A stretch of DNA of 64,000 nucleotides from Syntrophales bacterium (GTDB taxonomy: Bacteria > Desulfobacterota > Syntrophia > Syntrophales > UBA2210), in NCBI GenBank assembly GCA_963666365.2, contig CAXXNF010000001.1, forward strand, positions 704,001-768,000. The letters run 5' to 3'. The first letter of the stretch is position 1. Each line of letters starts with the position of its first letter. Positions 39,101 to 49,841 of the stretch are shown one piece after another. A model generated the notes under the pieces. The model worked only from the letters and a program-made list of their open reading frames with translations, was not told the DNA's origin and ran no database searches. Made by a program: the position numbers and the translations under genes.

Positions 39101-42100
39101 GGTTGCCAGCTTCGTCGTAGTCGAAGTATTCGCTGCTTCCGAGGGAATCGATCTTTTCGATGACCTGTGCCCCTGAAACGATGTCCCGGGCCGTATCGTA
39201 GACGTTTTCCATAACGGCGCCGTCGGCCGTGACTGTTCTCAGAAGTTTACGGTTTATATCATACTCGAAAGTCGTCTCATTGCCCAACGCATCGATCACC
39301 GCCGTTTTCTGATTGTAGTTGTCATACTCGTAGGTTGTCGTGAACCCGGCCGGATCTGTTTTGCTTATCAGATTGCCATACTCATCGTAAGTGAAGTATG
39401 TCACTTTTCCGTTCTTGTCACTGTAGTAGTAAATATTTCCGGAAGAGTTGAACGCTTTATATGTCGAGGTGTACTCATATCCGTAATCGATATAGTAATT
39501 ATTGCCGTATGAATCGTAGGAAAGAGTCGTTATGTTGCCGAGCGCATCGGTTATTGTCGTCGGACTTCCTTTGTCATTGTAGGCAAGCGATGTGGTGATG
39601 AGTTTCGGATCGGTAACGGAAATTGGCTTGTTGATCGTGGTGTCGTATACATAGGTCCAGGCTTCCCCCAGTGCATTGGTTTTTGAAGTCATGTTCCGGT
39701 TTGCATCGTACGTAAAGACGGTGGTATTTCCGTTCGCATCGGTATGGGAGATAACATTGTGGTTGTCGTCATAGTCGCTGCACTCGATCGTCCCGTTTTC
39801 ATTGGTCACTCGGATCACGTCATGCGAGTCATTCCAGAAAATCTTACGGTAATAGCCCTTTTCGTTCCAGGTCTCGGCATAGCGGTTGAATCGGCTGTAC
39901 TGGAAGTTGAAGGTATCTCCTTTGGCGTTGGTGTGATAGGCGACCGTATCGTTCTTGTAGTATCCGATTTCCAGATAGTCCCCTTTGGGGAGGATGTACC
40001 TGCGCATGTTGTGGTTGTTCGACGCGGTTTCCTCATTCTTTAGATACTGATACTCGGTGGTGTTTTCTTCCAGATCAACAAAAAACCGTAGATCGTCGCC
40101 ATTACCGTAGGCATCCACGTTATAGTAGTAATAACAAGATCGCCCCGTGAAATCGGTCACGCATTCAATCTTTCCCCGAGGATTGTAGGCAAAGGTCAAT
40201 GTGCGGTTAAGAGAATCCTTTATTGCCGATAACCGATCCGGATGCGCCGCATTGTTATATTCAAAAGACAGCGAATTGCCATAGGAATCTTCCTTCTTCA
40301 CCAACAACCCATCGACGCTGAACCGATACTTAATCATTGATTTAAAGGCGATCTCAAAGGTACTGTCGGCATTTTTTACGAGCCTGAAGGTAGTGCCGGC
40401 CGGATAGGTATAGCTTCCATCTATAGCCACGGTGCAATAATGGGGTGCAAGATCCTCATCAAGATACACGACATCGCCATTATCCAGCAGAATCAACTTA
40501 TCCGCATGATTCCAGGCCCACCCGTAACCAAATGGTCCATTGTAGATGAGCTTGCTCATATATTTTCTTTTCACGGAGAGATCAAAACCACGGGATTTAA
40601 TTTGTATGTCTGGCTGCTCTTCCTGGTAGAATTCGCCGGTAACGAGATCGACGGGATCGCCCCAGGGCGACTGCAGGGCTTCCACATTTTGATTTTCCAT
40701 ATCCATTTTCGCAATGTTTGTGCAATCCTCAATCCCGTGTATATTCAGCATATTTTCATACAGATCTAAAATTTCCATATCATTATAAAAGATGCCTTCG
40801 CCATTGACAATTTCAACGGGTTCAGCCTCATAGCTTGAATCATAAAAATAATCATTTCCTAATAGATTGGTATAATCGGGGAAATACAAATCATTCCCGG
40901 CCCCTCCGCCGTTATCGCCGCCAAAATTATAAGAATCGTAATCGGGTCCGTTGCTTATAAAAAGATACCTGTCAATCCCGTTGCAGGAGACAGTCTGCAC
41001 GGGAGTCGTCACTGTGGCCCCTCTTTGCAGTTCCGAAGTTATTGCACCAACGGCCTCTAATTCTGCTAAGGTACGCGTACCATTTTCGTCATAATCATAA
41101 AAATGCGGGATCGAATTCACCTGATTCACATCCGTCAGCTCGACGACCTGAATCCCCTGCTCCCGGGCAAGCATGAGTCCCTTTACCGTGCTCAGGCTCG
41201 GAGTGTCCTGCCAATCCTCAAAAATACGCGCTTCATTATAAGAGGAAGGATACATGACGAGATCACGAAAAAAACGATTGAGAGGATCGTCCCAACAAAT
41301 CTTTTTATAATCCATTATCTTTATCATCTTTATCGGCCATCCGGTGTTTACGTCAGGGATTTCGGTTAATTCAGCCTTATAAAAATTCCCAAACGATTGG
41401 ACATCTATATTCCACCGGGGGTGTATAAAAAATTTGGACTCGTCATCGAAAGAAAATGAACCGGGGGACACATAGATCATGGTTGGGAAAAAAGACCAGG
41501 AAAAGCCTCCATGGAGCAATCCGGTCGCTTTCACGACCGCTTCCCGATGCCGCAGGAGGTATGTCTCCGCCAAAATCGCCCCGGCGCGCCCCAAAAATGC
41601 TTCCCGCATACTCCCCAGTAATGTACCGGAGGCAGACGCTTGAAGAGAGGAAACGGTTTCAAGACCTTGTTTTAATTTTGTGACAGTTTTTTCAGATGCG
41701 GCGAGCGGATCGAAGGCCAATGTCATAAAAGTTCCGGCTTTTCTTGCCGGCCTGGGACAAAATGCATTGTTATTGTGATCAGGCCAATTACAGCCGGGCA
41801 CAAAAGATTCATTGGATGAAATAGGCTGCCCGTCTGGATCCTGTTTTTCACCATCAACCATCAGAACAGGTTTGAGTTGGGCTACTGCCGCCAAATCGCC
41901 ACCACTGAAGGTCGCATGAATTCCTGAGATTCCTCCATACCATGTGATCAGATCTGCATCATTTTGAGTCGCAGGAATAAAGTCAAGGCAAAGGCGCTTC
42001 CCGGCAATTTCCGGAAGATGGAAGGTTTGTTGCACTAGAGGGTTCGTGTAACTGGTATCACTCAGGCGATATATGGAGAACGTTATGTGGACACGATCAT

Positions 42101-42965
42101 CATTCCCGATAACCTGTAAATCTTCTTTATTCAAATTATAATTGAAGGAAAAAGGTAAATTACCCGGCAGGATAGATGACAGTCGTTTCTCTACATTTTC
42201 TTCATAACCTAGATCGGCCAATGTTTTACCAGGATGATTTGAGTTCAGGTAAGTCTGAATCTGTTCTTCATAACATTCAAGGGCATTCTTTTGATAATCA
42301 ACCTCGCCTGCTTTTACCGACCAGTCGCTGTTGAACCCGAGATATCCCTTAAAGTCGAAGCCGACATCTGCGGGAATGTTCCAGCCTGGAGGGGTGGCCC
42401 AGACGTTTTGGTCCTGTGTCTCTATCAGTGTTACCGGGAAAAGGTCGATTCCTTGCCCATACCGGATTCTTTTATACCATGGCGCCAGGGGAACCCAGCC
42501 TTTTCCCTTGTCTCCACCGTCATCAATCCCTCGATAATTTACCAGTGAAACCCAGGCAATCGCATACGTGCCGCAATAGACAACTGAGCCGCTTCCATCA
42601 AGAAAGGTCATTTTTACATAACGAGCCGGAATATTTGATATACGGAGAAGAGTTATAATGAACGAGGAAATATCCCAACTGTTACCCTTCCTGGTGAGAT
42701 ATGTTCCGTAAGCACCCAACCGCGAATAATCATATCCATCTTCATATGCTATATTTTCATAGACCCAGTTATAAATCTTGACGGGATCATTTTCCAATTC
42801 CGCAGCCAGCGCTTCAAGTTCCGGGGTAAATTGGCACTCTAGGGTTTCCTGAGTATCGGCAGCATCAGGAGGCAAAAAGGCGAAGACCATTGACGGCATG
42901 AGACATATTACTAATAGAAGCGCCACGATTGATACCATTTGTGCATGCAGAAAAAGTTTCCTCAT
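36174..42965 (-). CDS. Signal-peptide-bearing RHS protein: transglutaminase-like domain, YD repeats, AT-rich unknown C-terminal tip
   Basis: Sec-pathway signal peptide; KIYNWVYENI..GNSWD..LLRISNIPARYV; GDPVDLVTGEF; YD repeats; NPLRYLDPAG cleavage motif. Confidence 0.92.
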   Translation of the reverse strand: MRKLFLHAQMVSIVALLLVICLMPSMVFAFLPPDAADTQETLECQFTPELEALAAELENDPVKIYNWVYENIAYEDGYDYSRLGAYGTYLTRKGNSWDISSFIITLLRISNIPARYVKMTFLDGSGSVVYCGTYAIAWVSLVNYRGIDDGGDKGKGWVPLAPWYKRIRYGQGIDLFPVTLIETQDQNVWATPPGWNIPADVGFDFKGYLGFNSDWSVKAGEVDYQKNALECYEEQIQTYLNSNHPGKTLADLGYEENVEKRLSSILPGNLPFSFNYNLNKEDLQVIGNDDRVHITFSIYRLSDTSYTNPLVQQTFHLPEIAGKRLCLDFIPATQNDADLITWYGGISGIHATFSGGDLAAVAQLKPVLMVDGEKQDPDGQPISSNESFVPGCNWPDHNNNAFCPRPARKAGTFMTLAFDPLAASEKTVTKLKQGLETVSSLQASASGTLLGSMREAFLGRAGAILAETYLLRHREAVVKATGLLHGGFSWSFFPTMIYVSPGSFSFDDESKFFIHPRWNIDVQSFGNFYKAELTEIPDVNTGWPIKMIKIMDYKKICWDDPLNRFFRDLVMYPSSYNEARIFEDWQDTPSLSTVKGLMLAREQGIQVVELTDVNQVNSIPHFYDYDENGTRTLAELEAVGAITSELQRGATVTTPVQTVSCNGIDRYLFISNGPDYDSYNFGGDNGGGAGNDLYFPDYTNLLGNDYFYDSSYEAEPVEIVNGEGIFYNDMEILDLYENMLNIHGIEDCTNIAKMDMENQNVEALQSPWGDPVDLVTGEFYQEEQPDIQIKSRGFDLSVKRKYMSKLIYNGPFGYGWAWNHADKLILLDNGDVVYLDEDLAPHYCTVAIDGSYTYPAGTTFRLVKNADSTFEIAFKSMIKYRFSVDGLLVKKEDSYGNSLSFEYNNAAHPDRLSAIKDSLNRTLTFAYNPRGKIECVTDFTGRSCYYYYNVDAYGNGDDLRFFVDLEENTTEYQYLKNEETASNNHNMRRYILPKGDYLEIGYYKNDTVAYHTNAKGDTFNFQYSRFNRYAETWNEKGYYRKIFWNDSHDVIRVTNENGTIECSDYDDNHNVISHTDANGNTTVFTYDANRNMTSKTNALGEAWTYVYDTTINKPISVTDPKLITTSLAYNDKGSPTTITDALGNITTLSYDSYGNNYYIDYGYEYTSTYKAFNSSGNIYYYSDKNGKVTYFTYDEYGNLISKTDPAGFTTTYEYDNYNQKTAVIDALGNETTFEYDINRKLLRTVTADGAVMENVYDTARDIVSGAQVIEKIDSLGSSEYFDYDEAGNLIRKTDKNGNVFRYFYDGMNRLIEEMDPYQNSIFYSCDGNGNLVAKEDKRGNTTICTYDAANRKTSITDAEGATTSYLYDANGNLTDEIRTLKDGSGDIPIVTHYEYDTLNRPVAKTLDYGVTGARTYQYQYDPLGRLKKIIKPKQNYIYYHYDKNGNKTKIEVYESDDTKIAEESFEYDSRNLLKKRKDAEGREWLFEYDALGRKTAECDPAGNCINYAYDLVGNLVMETDQEGGVTKHFYDGAKRRIRTVDALEHTTAWRYDANGNLISVIDPRGKETRTYCDAMNRPVGVEDAAGDVTTYDYDEAGNMVQETRPDGSAVAKSYDGMNRLADVYVNNQEARHFEYDSLSRMTLAEDYNQGNGTHSVEFEYNAFNQVTAEVQDGKRIEKFYDANGNLEDLAYPHAGGFVVHRTYNGLNLPDSIKDQSQNNIAGFAYNLNGRVAAMTLGNGIEESLSYNDRGMEGNRIYADINNTTLYSMETVYDGMGNIFSEAIERAISTTPTLATEQYEKQYGYDDLNRLTFEQKGTADTVQWQHDPVGNWTYTNQNGSPEERVPNEVNEYSNVTGMTPGYDARGNMTSDGAKTYEYDWANRLVAVKTSDGIAIATYRYDALNRRVTKSYAGQTTAYIYNGGQVIEEYEDGQFQRSFVYGIYIDDPIMMEDNAGNRYYYLKDRQYSVTALIDENGNSVETYKYTAFGLMTILDGQGVTISESTVDNPYGYTGRRWDGESGLWYYRNRMYSAKLGRFMQRDPAGYMDGLNLYAYVRNNPLRYLDPAGLTAVNEYQSLYWNDEYQEKQDDTMVFDSGLNLQIDKLQIDKHIEIIKNDNVIYDGPHAENLETGVYRIRVNFEPDGVLAFVKNILDILCLPGKRTVALPGSIERAIYIDPQFAVYDSYYKYDLGTLQRLRIKSDIRIGTEYWSVNVNQNPYHRDQFVWYGPIEDYQLTVPLNELDSTVRHLIQFPLPAIYQDRRDYN

Positions 42966-43054
42966 CGCTTACCTCTTCGTGATGTTATTGGTTTTGATCA
43001 TTTTTTAAAGATAACTTCTTATATTCTCATTGGTTTGTAGATGATGTTATTTAA

Positions 43055-46000
43055 TCAAATTGCCGACAAAAGGGCTTCGAGGCAAAGGCTCGTCACATAA
43101 GAGTCATTGTTCCAACTGCCGTTTAAATCTTGATGAGCGATCAAGTAATTGCAGGCATAATTTTTTTCATAATGATCGAGATCGATGATCCATGAATATA
43201 AAGACAATAGCTCGTTATCACTTAATGGAGGATCGGGATTCATCATGGCGCTTACTATGTCTGCCGGTCCCTCTGTTACTAAATATTTAATCCACAAAAG
43301 CACTGCTGCGGTATCAATCAAAGAGGTCGCAGAGTTTACTGCCTCCTCGCTGCAATAGTATATCTCCGTAGCGGTTACTTCGTGCTTTTGATTTGCTATC
43401 CATGCATCAATACCTGTTAACGCCGAGAGTACCACATTTCCTATCAGCCCGGAAACCAGTGAAGTAACATATACACTGGGGGCATCGCCGGGCATCCAGC
43501 CGTAACAGTCTGGTTCGGTGCTTTCCAATATATTTTGGACCATATTGAACCGGAAATAATCAGTATGTTCAATATCCCGTGAAGTACACTTAAGGGCCAT
43601 CGATGCCAGAACCGTATCGATCGGATCCGGGGCAAAATGTATCTGCGTTCCCCATACCCGGGTCGGTAGAGGATCGGAATCCGGAATATGGACATTATGT
43701 AGCTGACCCATCGACTGCAATCGATAGACAAAGTCATCTACACTCTGCCCGTATTTGTGGAGTGTTAAAATCTTTCTTGCCAAATAGTCGTTGTTATCTG
43801 CAGGGGCTCCCCTTAAGTAGAGGAGGGCCTGTCGCAGGGCAGGGCTGATTGACCCAGTTACCTTGAATGCATTCAGCGCCTGACTGGTACTGAGCAGCCT
43901 TCTGCTCTCTTTTTCATCCCAGTATCCCTTCTTGTTCTGAGTCATCTCCAGATAGGCCCTTGCTCTTGCGATTGCCTCATTACAAGTCTGTGCTGGGCTG
44001 GCTGCGTCTATAGAAACACTGACCAGTTCAGATAGAGGGCTTTCGATGCCGCCATCGGTTACATAGGTAGCGCCATACCAGTACGTGACACCAGCCACTG
44101 CAGTCCCATCAGAAAAGCTGGTTCCGGCTAAAGGGTTCTGAGATATTCGCAGACGTGACGGTGGCGCATAGCCGCCCTGATGGCTCTTGTTCAGGATTTC
44201 ACGGTCGAAATCGCTTATGCATCGGTAGATATAATAGCCGGTAACAGTAGCGCCAGTGTAATCCTCAGGAGTCGTCCAAGTAAGGTCGACCTGGTGCGTT
44301 TGTTCGTTGTATATGGACGCAATGATGGCAGCCAGCCACTCCGGCTGTCTTTCACCAACCAAATATATTTCGCTCTTGATATTTTCCCTGTTTCCGGCTG
44401 CATCCAACGCAAAAAACTGAAGATTGGTGCACTTATCAATCACCAGTTGAATAGGTCCTTTAAAGGCAATGGTGTTCGGGGCACCCTCATAGGGCGGATC
44501 GCCATTCGTTGAATAGCAGATTGTAGCATCTTCTGAGCAGGACAGTTCCACCGTCAAGGGAGGCGAATATTCTCCCGAGGCGACGCTCGCCGTGGTAACA
44601 GGTACGGTCGTGTCGGCCGTAAAAAGGAAATCGTAGGTGTTCGTATTTCCGGTAGTGTCCAAAACATTGAGGGTGTAGTGATATTCCTTCCCGTCTATGG
44701 GGGATGTTATCGTTAATATAACCGCACTTGGCGTTACCGTTGCCTGGCTCGTGATATCTAAGCCATCCCCATCTCGGAGCGTTACCGAGGAAATTCCGGC
44801 GCCGCCGTCAGGGAGATTAATCGTGAACGTTATCTCTCCCGACCCGCCATCGTCCGATTTTACAAGTGATCCATAGCCTGGAGTGCTGTTGCTCAGGGTA
44901 ACGGGTACGGTGATGCTGTCCGACGCACTGCCGTATTGACCGATCGACGATATAGTATAGGTCATGGTCTCTTCCGGCGTGACGACCGCCGAGCCCGTTC
45001 CGTTGGGCCCGACTGTCCCCACATCCTGATCAATGGTAGTTGAGGTAGCATTGACGGACGACCATGTCAGCGTGGCGGACTCACCTTTAGTGAGTACCTG
45101 CGGTACAGCTTCCAGACTGGCAACGGGATGATAATAGGGCGATTCGGGCGGCAGAAAGCCGGCGCTTCCGATTCGGTAGAGGAGATCGCTCTGATTCTGG
45201 CTTCGCGCAATCCCCTTCGATATCCGAATTTCGTCGATATAGCCTTTGAAATAATTCCCCCCATATTGGTCTACTCCGATCCTCAGGTCACGGTCTCCAT
45301 AACTAAGAGGGGAAACGGTGGTATATGCATACGTTTGATATATATTAGAACCATTTAAGTATATTCTAAAAAGACACATCATGCGGTAATAGTCAAGGCG
45401 GAACAAACCTACACGTTCAATTGTTAGATGTCCCAGCGCACTATGAGCAATCGTGGGGCAGATTCCACTCTGCACAAGAGTAACTGCATATTGAAATAAT
45501 CCAAAACTGTAAATACCACTAGACGGCTCATAGAATGCTTTGATTTCAAACCCATCAGGATAGTATCGATTTCCCTTGCTTATAAGACACCTTGCCGAAG
45601 TATCGTCATCAGAGCGAAACCATAAATCAATTGTGTAATTGAATGCACTAGGAGAACTCATATCACCAATAAAATCAAAGTCGGATGAATAGGGTATTCT
45701 TAGGCAATCTCCCTGCCCATCAAAATAGATCGAACTATGTCCATACTTTGCCTTGGTAGTCGAATGGTGCACATCGCCATACTTATATATCGGATGTCCC
45801 TTTATATCAGTAAATGCGGTGCTGCCCTCCGTGTTATCGGAATGAATAAGAAGTTTTGTGTAAGAATCGAGAACCGGCGCTGTTACGTATACTGTTTCGG
45901 AGTCTTGACCCGGCGGATCTGTATCCGCAGCTGTTAGACTGTAGGTAGTTGTGGCTGAGGGATAAATGAGAGCAGTTCCTGATGCTTCTGCTGATGACCC

Positions 46001-47137
46001 TTGCCCGGGTTCTTCCTCCGGCCCGATAGCGGGGTCCGCAGGTTGGATATAGCATACTTCGGAATTGGTGGCGCTCCAGATCAACCTAGCAGGCCCGCCT
46101 GATCGGGCATTGCTGCACCTGAGATTCACGGCAGGAATAAGTTTAACCTCTACGCTCTCCGTTGCCGTACCGCCGGGGCCTCGTGCCGTAATTGTGTATG
46201 TAGTTGGCTCTGTTATCGATACCGTATGCGAACCGCTGGCATCGACTTCGCCGATTCCAGGTTCGATTGAACATGAAGTTGCATTTGTTGCGCACCATGT
46301 CAGGGTTGCCGAACCACCTGATGACACAGCTTCCGGGTACACAGCCATGTTCACCGTCGGCGGCAGTTTCACCATCACCGATGCGGTTGTCGTGCCACCG
46401 AGGCCTGTCGCGGTTATTTCATAGATAGTATTTTCCATAGGGGCAACATTTATTGTTCCGCCTGAAACAGGGGTCAATGCTGTAGTTCCGTTAATAGCGG
46501 GTTGAATTGAGCATGACTGGGCATTTGCAGTATTCCAACTGAGTTCAGCCGAACCGCCAGGCTGAATGATTTCCGGATTGGCGTTAAGAGTGACAGTGGG
46601 AACAACTGAAACTGTTGCTGAGGCTGTCGCCGTTTCGCCGGAGGCACAAGTTGCTGTTATTGTGTAAGTCGTATTGAATGTTGGCGAAACTGCTTTACCA
46701 CCGATCATTCCAACGGCACCTATGCCATGATCTATATCGCAAGACGCGGCATTTTCGCTTGTCCACTTTAATAGCGCCGATTCTCCTGGTTGAATAGCTG
46801 ACGGTTCGGCGTTAAGGGTAACGGTGGGCGGGGGAAGGGAAAGAACTGTGACGGTTACACTTCCCAATTGACTGGTGCAATAGTTCCAATCTATTCCTTC
46901 TGCTATATATGTTGTGGTTTGCAAAGGAGTTACAACTTCTGAACCATTAGTCGCACGAACGCCAAGAGGATAGATGAAGAATAACAAATAACTATTGGGA
47001 TAGTTCCAAGTTATTGTAGCAGATTCACCAGCGTAAATAGTTATGGAGCTGGCACTTATGCCTGCAACAGCACTGTAGGGGAAAAAAAAGAATAAAAATA
47101 GTACCAAGAAAAAACCTGATATCTCTTTTCTAGTCAT
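43055..47137 (-). CDS. Large secreted multidomain protein (Ig-like repeats, LamG-like, Fn3-like, prenyltransferase-repeat-like C-terminus)
   Basis: Signal peptide; repeated GESATLTW..NA.SC.I..TTYTITA; YFKGYIDEIRISKG; YLEMTQNKKGYW and LIAHQDLNGSW. Confidence 0.85.
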   Translation of the reverse strand: MTRKEISGFFLVLFLFFFFPYSAVAGISASSITIYAGESATITWNYPNSYLLFFIYPLGVRATNGSEVVTPLQTTTYIAEGIDWNYCTSQLGSVTVTVLSLPPPTVTLNAEPSAIQPGESALLKWTSENAASCDIDHGIGAVGMIGGKAVSPTFNTTYTITATCASGETATASATVSVVPTVTLNANPEIIQPGGSAELSWNTANAQSCSIQPAINGTTALTPVSGGTINVAPMENTIYEITATGLGGTTTASVMVKLPPTVNMAVYPEAVSSGGSATLTWCATNATSCSIEPGIGEVDASGSHTVSITEPTTYTITARGPGGTATESVEVKLIPAVNLRCSNARSGGPARLIWSATNSEVCYIQPADPAIGPEEEPGQGSSAEASGTALIYPSATTTYSLTAADTDPPGQDSETVYVTAPVLDSYTKLLIHSDNTEGSTAFTDIKGHPIYKYGDVHHSTTKAKYGHSSIYFDGQGDCLRIPYSSDFDFIGDMSSPSAFNYTIDLWFRSDDDTSARCLISKGNRYYPDGFEIKAFYEPSSGIYSFGLFQYAVTLVQSGICPTIAHSALGHLTIERVGLFRLDYYRMMCLFRIYLNGSNIYQTYAYTTVSPLSYGDRDLRIGVDQYGGNYFKGYIDEIRISKGIARSQNQSDLLYRIGSAGFLPPESPYYHPVASLEAVPQVLTKGESATLTWSSVNATSTTIDQDVGTVGPNGTGSAVVTPEETMTYTISSIGQYGSASDSITVPVTLSNSTPGYGSLVKSDDGGSGEITFTINLPDGGAGISSVTLRDGDGLDITSQATVTPSAVILTITSPIDGKEYHYTLNVLDTTGNTNTYDFLFTADTTVPVTTASVASGEYSPPLTVELSCSEDATICYSTNGDPPYEGAPNTIAFKGPIQLVIDKCTNLQFFALDAAGNRENIKSEIYLVGERQPEWLAAIIASIYNEQTHQVDLTWTTPEDYTGATVTGYYIYRCISDFDREILNKSHQGGYAPPSRLRISQNPLAGTSFSDGTAVAGVTYWYGATYVTDGGIESPLSELVSVSIDAASPAQTCNEAIARARAYLEMTQNKKGYWDEKESRRLLSTSQALNAFKVTGSISPALRQALLYLRGAPADNNDYLARKILTLHKYGQSVDDFVYRLQSMGQLHNVHIPDSDPLPTRVWGTQIHFAPDPIDTVLASMALKCTSRDIEHTDYFRFNMVQNILESTEPDCYGWMPGDAPSVYVTSLVSGLIGNVVLSALTGIDAWIANQKHEVTATEIYYCSEEAVNSATSLIDTAAVLLWIKYLVTEGPADIVSAMMNPDPPLSDNELLSLYSWIIDLDHYEKNYACNYLIAHQDLNGSWNNDSYVTSLCLEALLSAI

Positions 47138-47557
47138 GAACGTCCCCTTTGTGAATGAGTTGAACTATCTTTTTTCTCTAATTATATTATTGTACCATGA
47201 CACACTAACACGGCATCTTTATTAAAAATTCCAAACCATTACTTTAAATTTTCTTGATTTTTTGGTCTTAGCAAAAGAAGTGTCGGCGTAACAGTCTCAA
47301 GGAGATCTGTTAGATAGGTATAGGAATGAATTATTTAAAAGCCCTTTCTTTTTACCACAAAAACCTTCACGTTGAAATACTAGAAAAATACGTGTAAAAT
47401 ACCTTTATTTCCAAGTAGTCAAATGTTCGATATATTCATCTTAGCTTATTGATTTTTGAGCGACATAACTCCAAAATTGATATTTAAGTCCCTTTTCGGG
47501 TTACAATCGAAATCGCCTGCGCATAGCAAAAATAATCAATAGGGAGGGAGGAGAAAG

Positions 47558-48643
47558 GTGTTTAAAAAAGCGGTATTCCCGGGCAAATATATTCAGGGCA
47601 CAGGGGCGCTGGGAGAGTTGCCGGCACTGATTGCACTCTTCGGCACGAAGGCGCTGATACTTGCATCTCCCACAGTGATGAAAACGGTCGTTCCTGCCTG
47701 TGGCATTGAGGGACGGGCAGACTCAGTCCTCACCGAAACATTCCGGGGGGAGTGCTGCGAAAAGGAATTGTCGCGTCTGGAAGACGTGATCGACCGGCAC
47801 CGCATCGATGTCATGATCGGCATGGGGGGTGGCAAAACCATCGACACGGCAAAAATCGCCGCGGACCGGGCGCATGTCCCCGTAATCATCGTTCCCACCA
47901 TCGCCTCCACCGACGCACCCTGCAGCGGCTGTGCGGTGGTCTACTCCGCAAACGGCGTTCACGAGCGGGAATACTACCAGCGGTCGAATCCCGCCGCCGT
48001 CCTGGTGGATACTGCTATCATTGCCGCGGCGCCCGCCCGTTTCCTGGTGGCGGGCATGGGCGACGCTCTGGCGACATGGTTCGAGGCCGAATCCTGCCGG
48101 CGTACGCAATCGAAGAACGAATGCGGCGGTCTAAGCACCATGGCGGGACTGCATCTCGCCAGACTCTGTTACGATACACTGCTGGCTTACGGGACGGCGG
48201 CAAAACTCGCCTGTGAGCATCATGTGGTAACTCCCGCCCTGGAGCGTATTGTGGAAGCGAACATCCTGCTGAGTGGAATCGGGTTTGAAAGTTCCGGCCT
48301 CGCGGCGGCCCACGCCATCCATAACGGCTTGACCGCCCTCGAAGAAACCAACGCCTACTACCACGGCGAAAAGGTAGCCTTCGGCGTGCTGGCAGGACTC
48401 CATCTTACTGATGCGCCTCCGGAACTCTCTGAAACCGTGTTCACTTTCTGCAAGGAAACGGGATTGCCGACCACACTGGCGAACATCGGATTAGACAACG
48501 AGGACCGGCTCAGGCTTATGAAGGCGGCGGAAAAGACCTGCGCGCCCGGCGCAGCCATTCATCACGAAGCGGGAACCATAACCCCCGAAAGAGTGCTCCA
48601 CGCCATGATCACAGCGGATGCAATGGGGCAAAAGACGAAGTAA
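47558..48643 (+). CDS. gldA: Glycerol dehydrogenase
   Basis: GGGKTIDTAK, PTIASTDAPCS, AGMGDALAT, GLAAAHAIHNG, YHGEKVAFG. Confidence 0.92.
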   Translation: MFKKAVFPGKYIQGTGALGELPALIALFGTKALILASPTVMKTVVPACGIEGRADSVLTETFRGECCEKELSRLEDVIDRHRIDVMIGMGGGKTIDTAKIAADRAHVPVIIVPTIASTDAPCSGCAVVYSANGVHEREYYQRSNPAAVLVDTAIIAAAPARFLVAGMGDALATWFEAESCRRTQSKNECGGLSTMAGLHLARLCYDTLLAYGTAAKLACEHHVVTPALERIVEANILLSGIGFESSGLAAAHAIHNGLTALEETNAYYHGEKVAFGVLAGLHLTDAPPELSETVFTFCKETGLPTTLANIGLDNEDRLRLMKAAEKTCAPGAAIHHEAGTITPERVLHAMITADAMGQKTK

Positions 48644-48729
48644 GCCAAAAACATTACCTGTTGCACTTATTGCACCTTGATCGCATACATGGTAGTTTGT
48701 TGTTATTGTCAGATGCAACGGGGGAAACC

Positions 48730-49566
48730 ATGCAGCGACTCACCGTCATAAAAACGGTGGCATCGGGCGATCCGAAGGGCGTCGTCGAATTTCTGGCGGA
48801 GGCTTCCGGTCTTTCCAGAATGCGGATCAAGGACGCCATGAAAAAGGGAGCGCTCCGGCGCACCAGGAAGGGGGGAAAGGCAACCCGGCTTCGTAAAGCG
48901 ACTGCATCGCTTCACCCGGGGGATCGCATAGAATTTTACTACGATGAGGCCCTTCTTGCCACAATTCCCCCGCAGGCGGCCTTGGTGCATGACGAAGGGC
49001 ACTACTCGGTCTGGAATAAGCCGGCGGGCCTGCTCACCCAGGGCACGCGCTACGGCGACCACTGTGCGCTTCTCCGTCAGGCGGAACAGTACTTCGTCCC
49101 ACGCCGCGAGGTCTATCCCGTCCACCGTCTCGACCGCGAGGCCTCGGGACTGGTTCTGATCGCCCACAGCAGCCGGGCTGCCACCAAACTCTCGGAGCTT
49201 TTTCGACAGGGGCAAGTGGATAAGATATACCGTGCCGAAGTGCGGGGCAATCTAATGGAAACGAAACCTGAGGGGATAATCGACACTCCGCTCGAAGGTA
49301 AAGAGGCTCGCACCGAATACCGGGTGCTCCGCTATCGGGAGGACACCGATACCACCATCGTCGAAGTGAGGATCGGCACGGGCCGCTTTCACCAGATCCG
49401 CCGCCATTTCGACGGCATCGGCTTTCCCGTTATGGGCGATCCCCGCTATGGCAAGGGAAATAAAAACACCGACGGCCTCAAGCTTTCGGCCACAGAACTC
49501 CGCTTTACCTGTCCCTTCAATAACCGGGCAATGGAGTTTTCATCACAGATTGCGCACAAACTGTGA
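48730..49566 (+). CDS. RluA/C/D-family pseudouridine synthase
   Basis: NKPAGL, HRLDREASGL, TGRFHQIRRH, GDPRYG. Confidence 0.92.
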   Translation: MQRLTVIKTVASGDPKGVVEFLAEASGLSRMRIKDAMKKGALRRTRKGGKATRLRKATASLHPGDRIEFYYDEALLATIPPQAALVHDEGHYSVWNKPAGLLTQGTRYGDHCALLRQAEQYFVPRREVYPVHRLDREASGLVLIAHSSRAATKLSELFRQGQVDKIYRAEVRGNLMETKPEGIIDTPLEGKEARTEYRVLRYREDTDTTIVEVRIGTGRFHQIRRHFDGIGFPVMGDPRYGKGNKNTDGLKLSATELRFTCPFNNRAMEFSSQIAHKL

Positions 49567-49841
49567 TCTTTTTCACACAAGACTGTTTCTCCTAGTTGTC
49601 CATTTCTGTTGACAGTAATTTTACAATGCATATATTAATGATAATTATTGACTTTGATACTTGGGTAATTGTGCATACTCACACCCTGTTCTTGTCATCC
49701 CATACTCAAAACAACCCTCAATGATTACATTGTTTTACGTCAAAGGGGATGGTCGATTCCGAGAACCGCATCCGTTGTGGATTACCCTTCCCTTGCCCCA
49801 GAAAGAAAAGCGCGCCATTACCGTTCTTCAGGAGACTTGCG

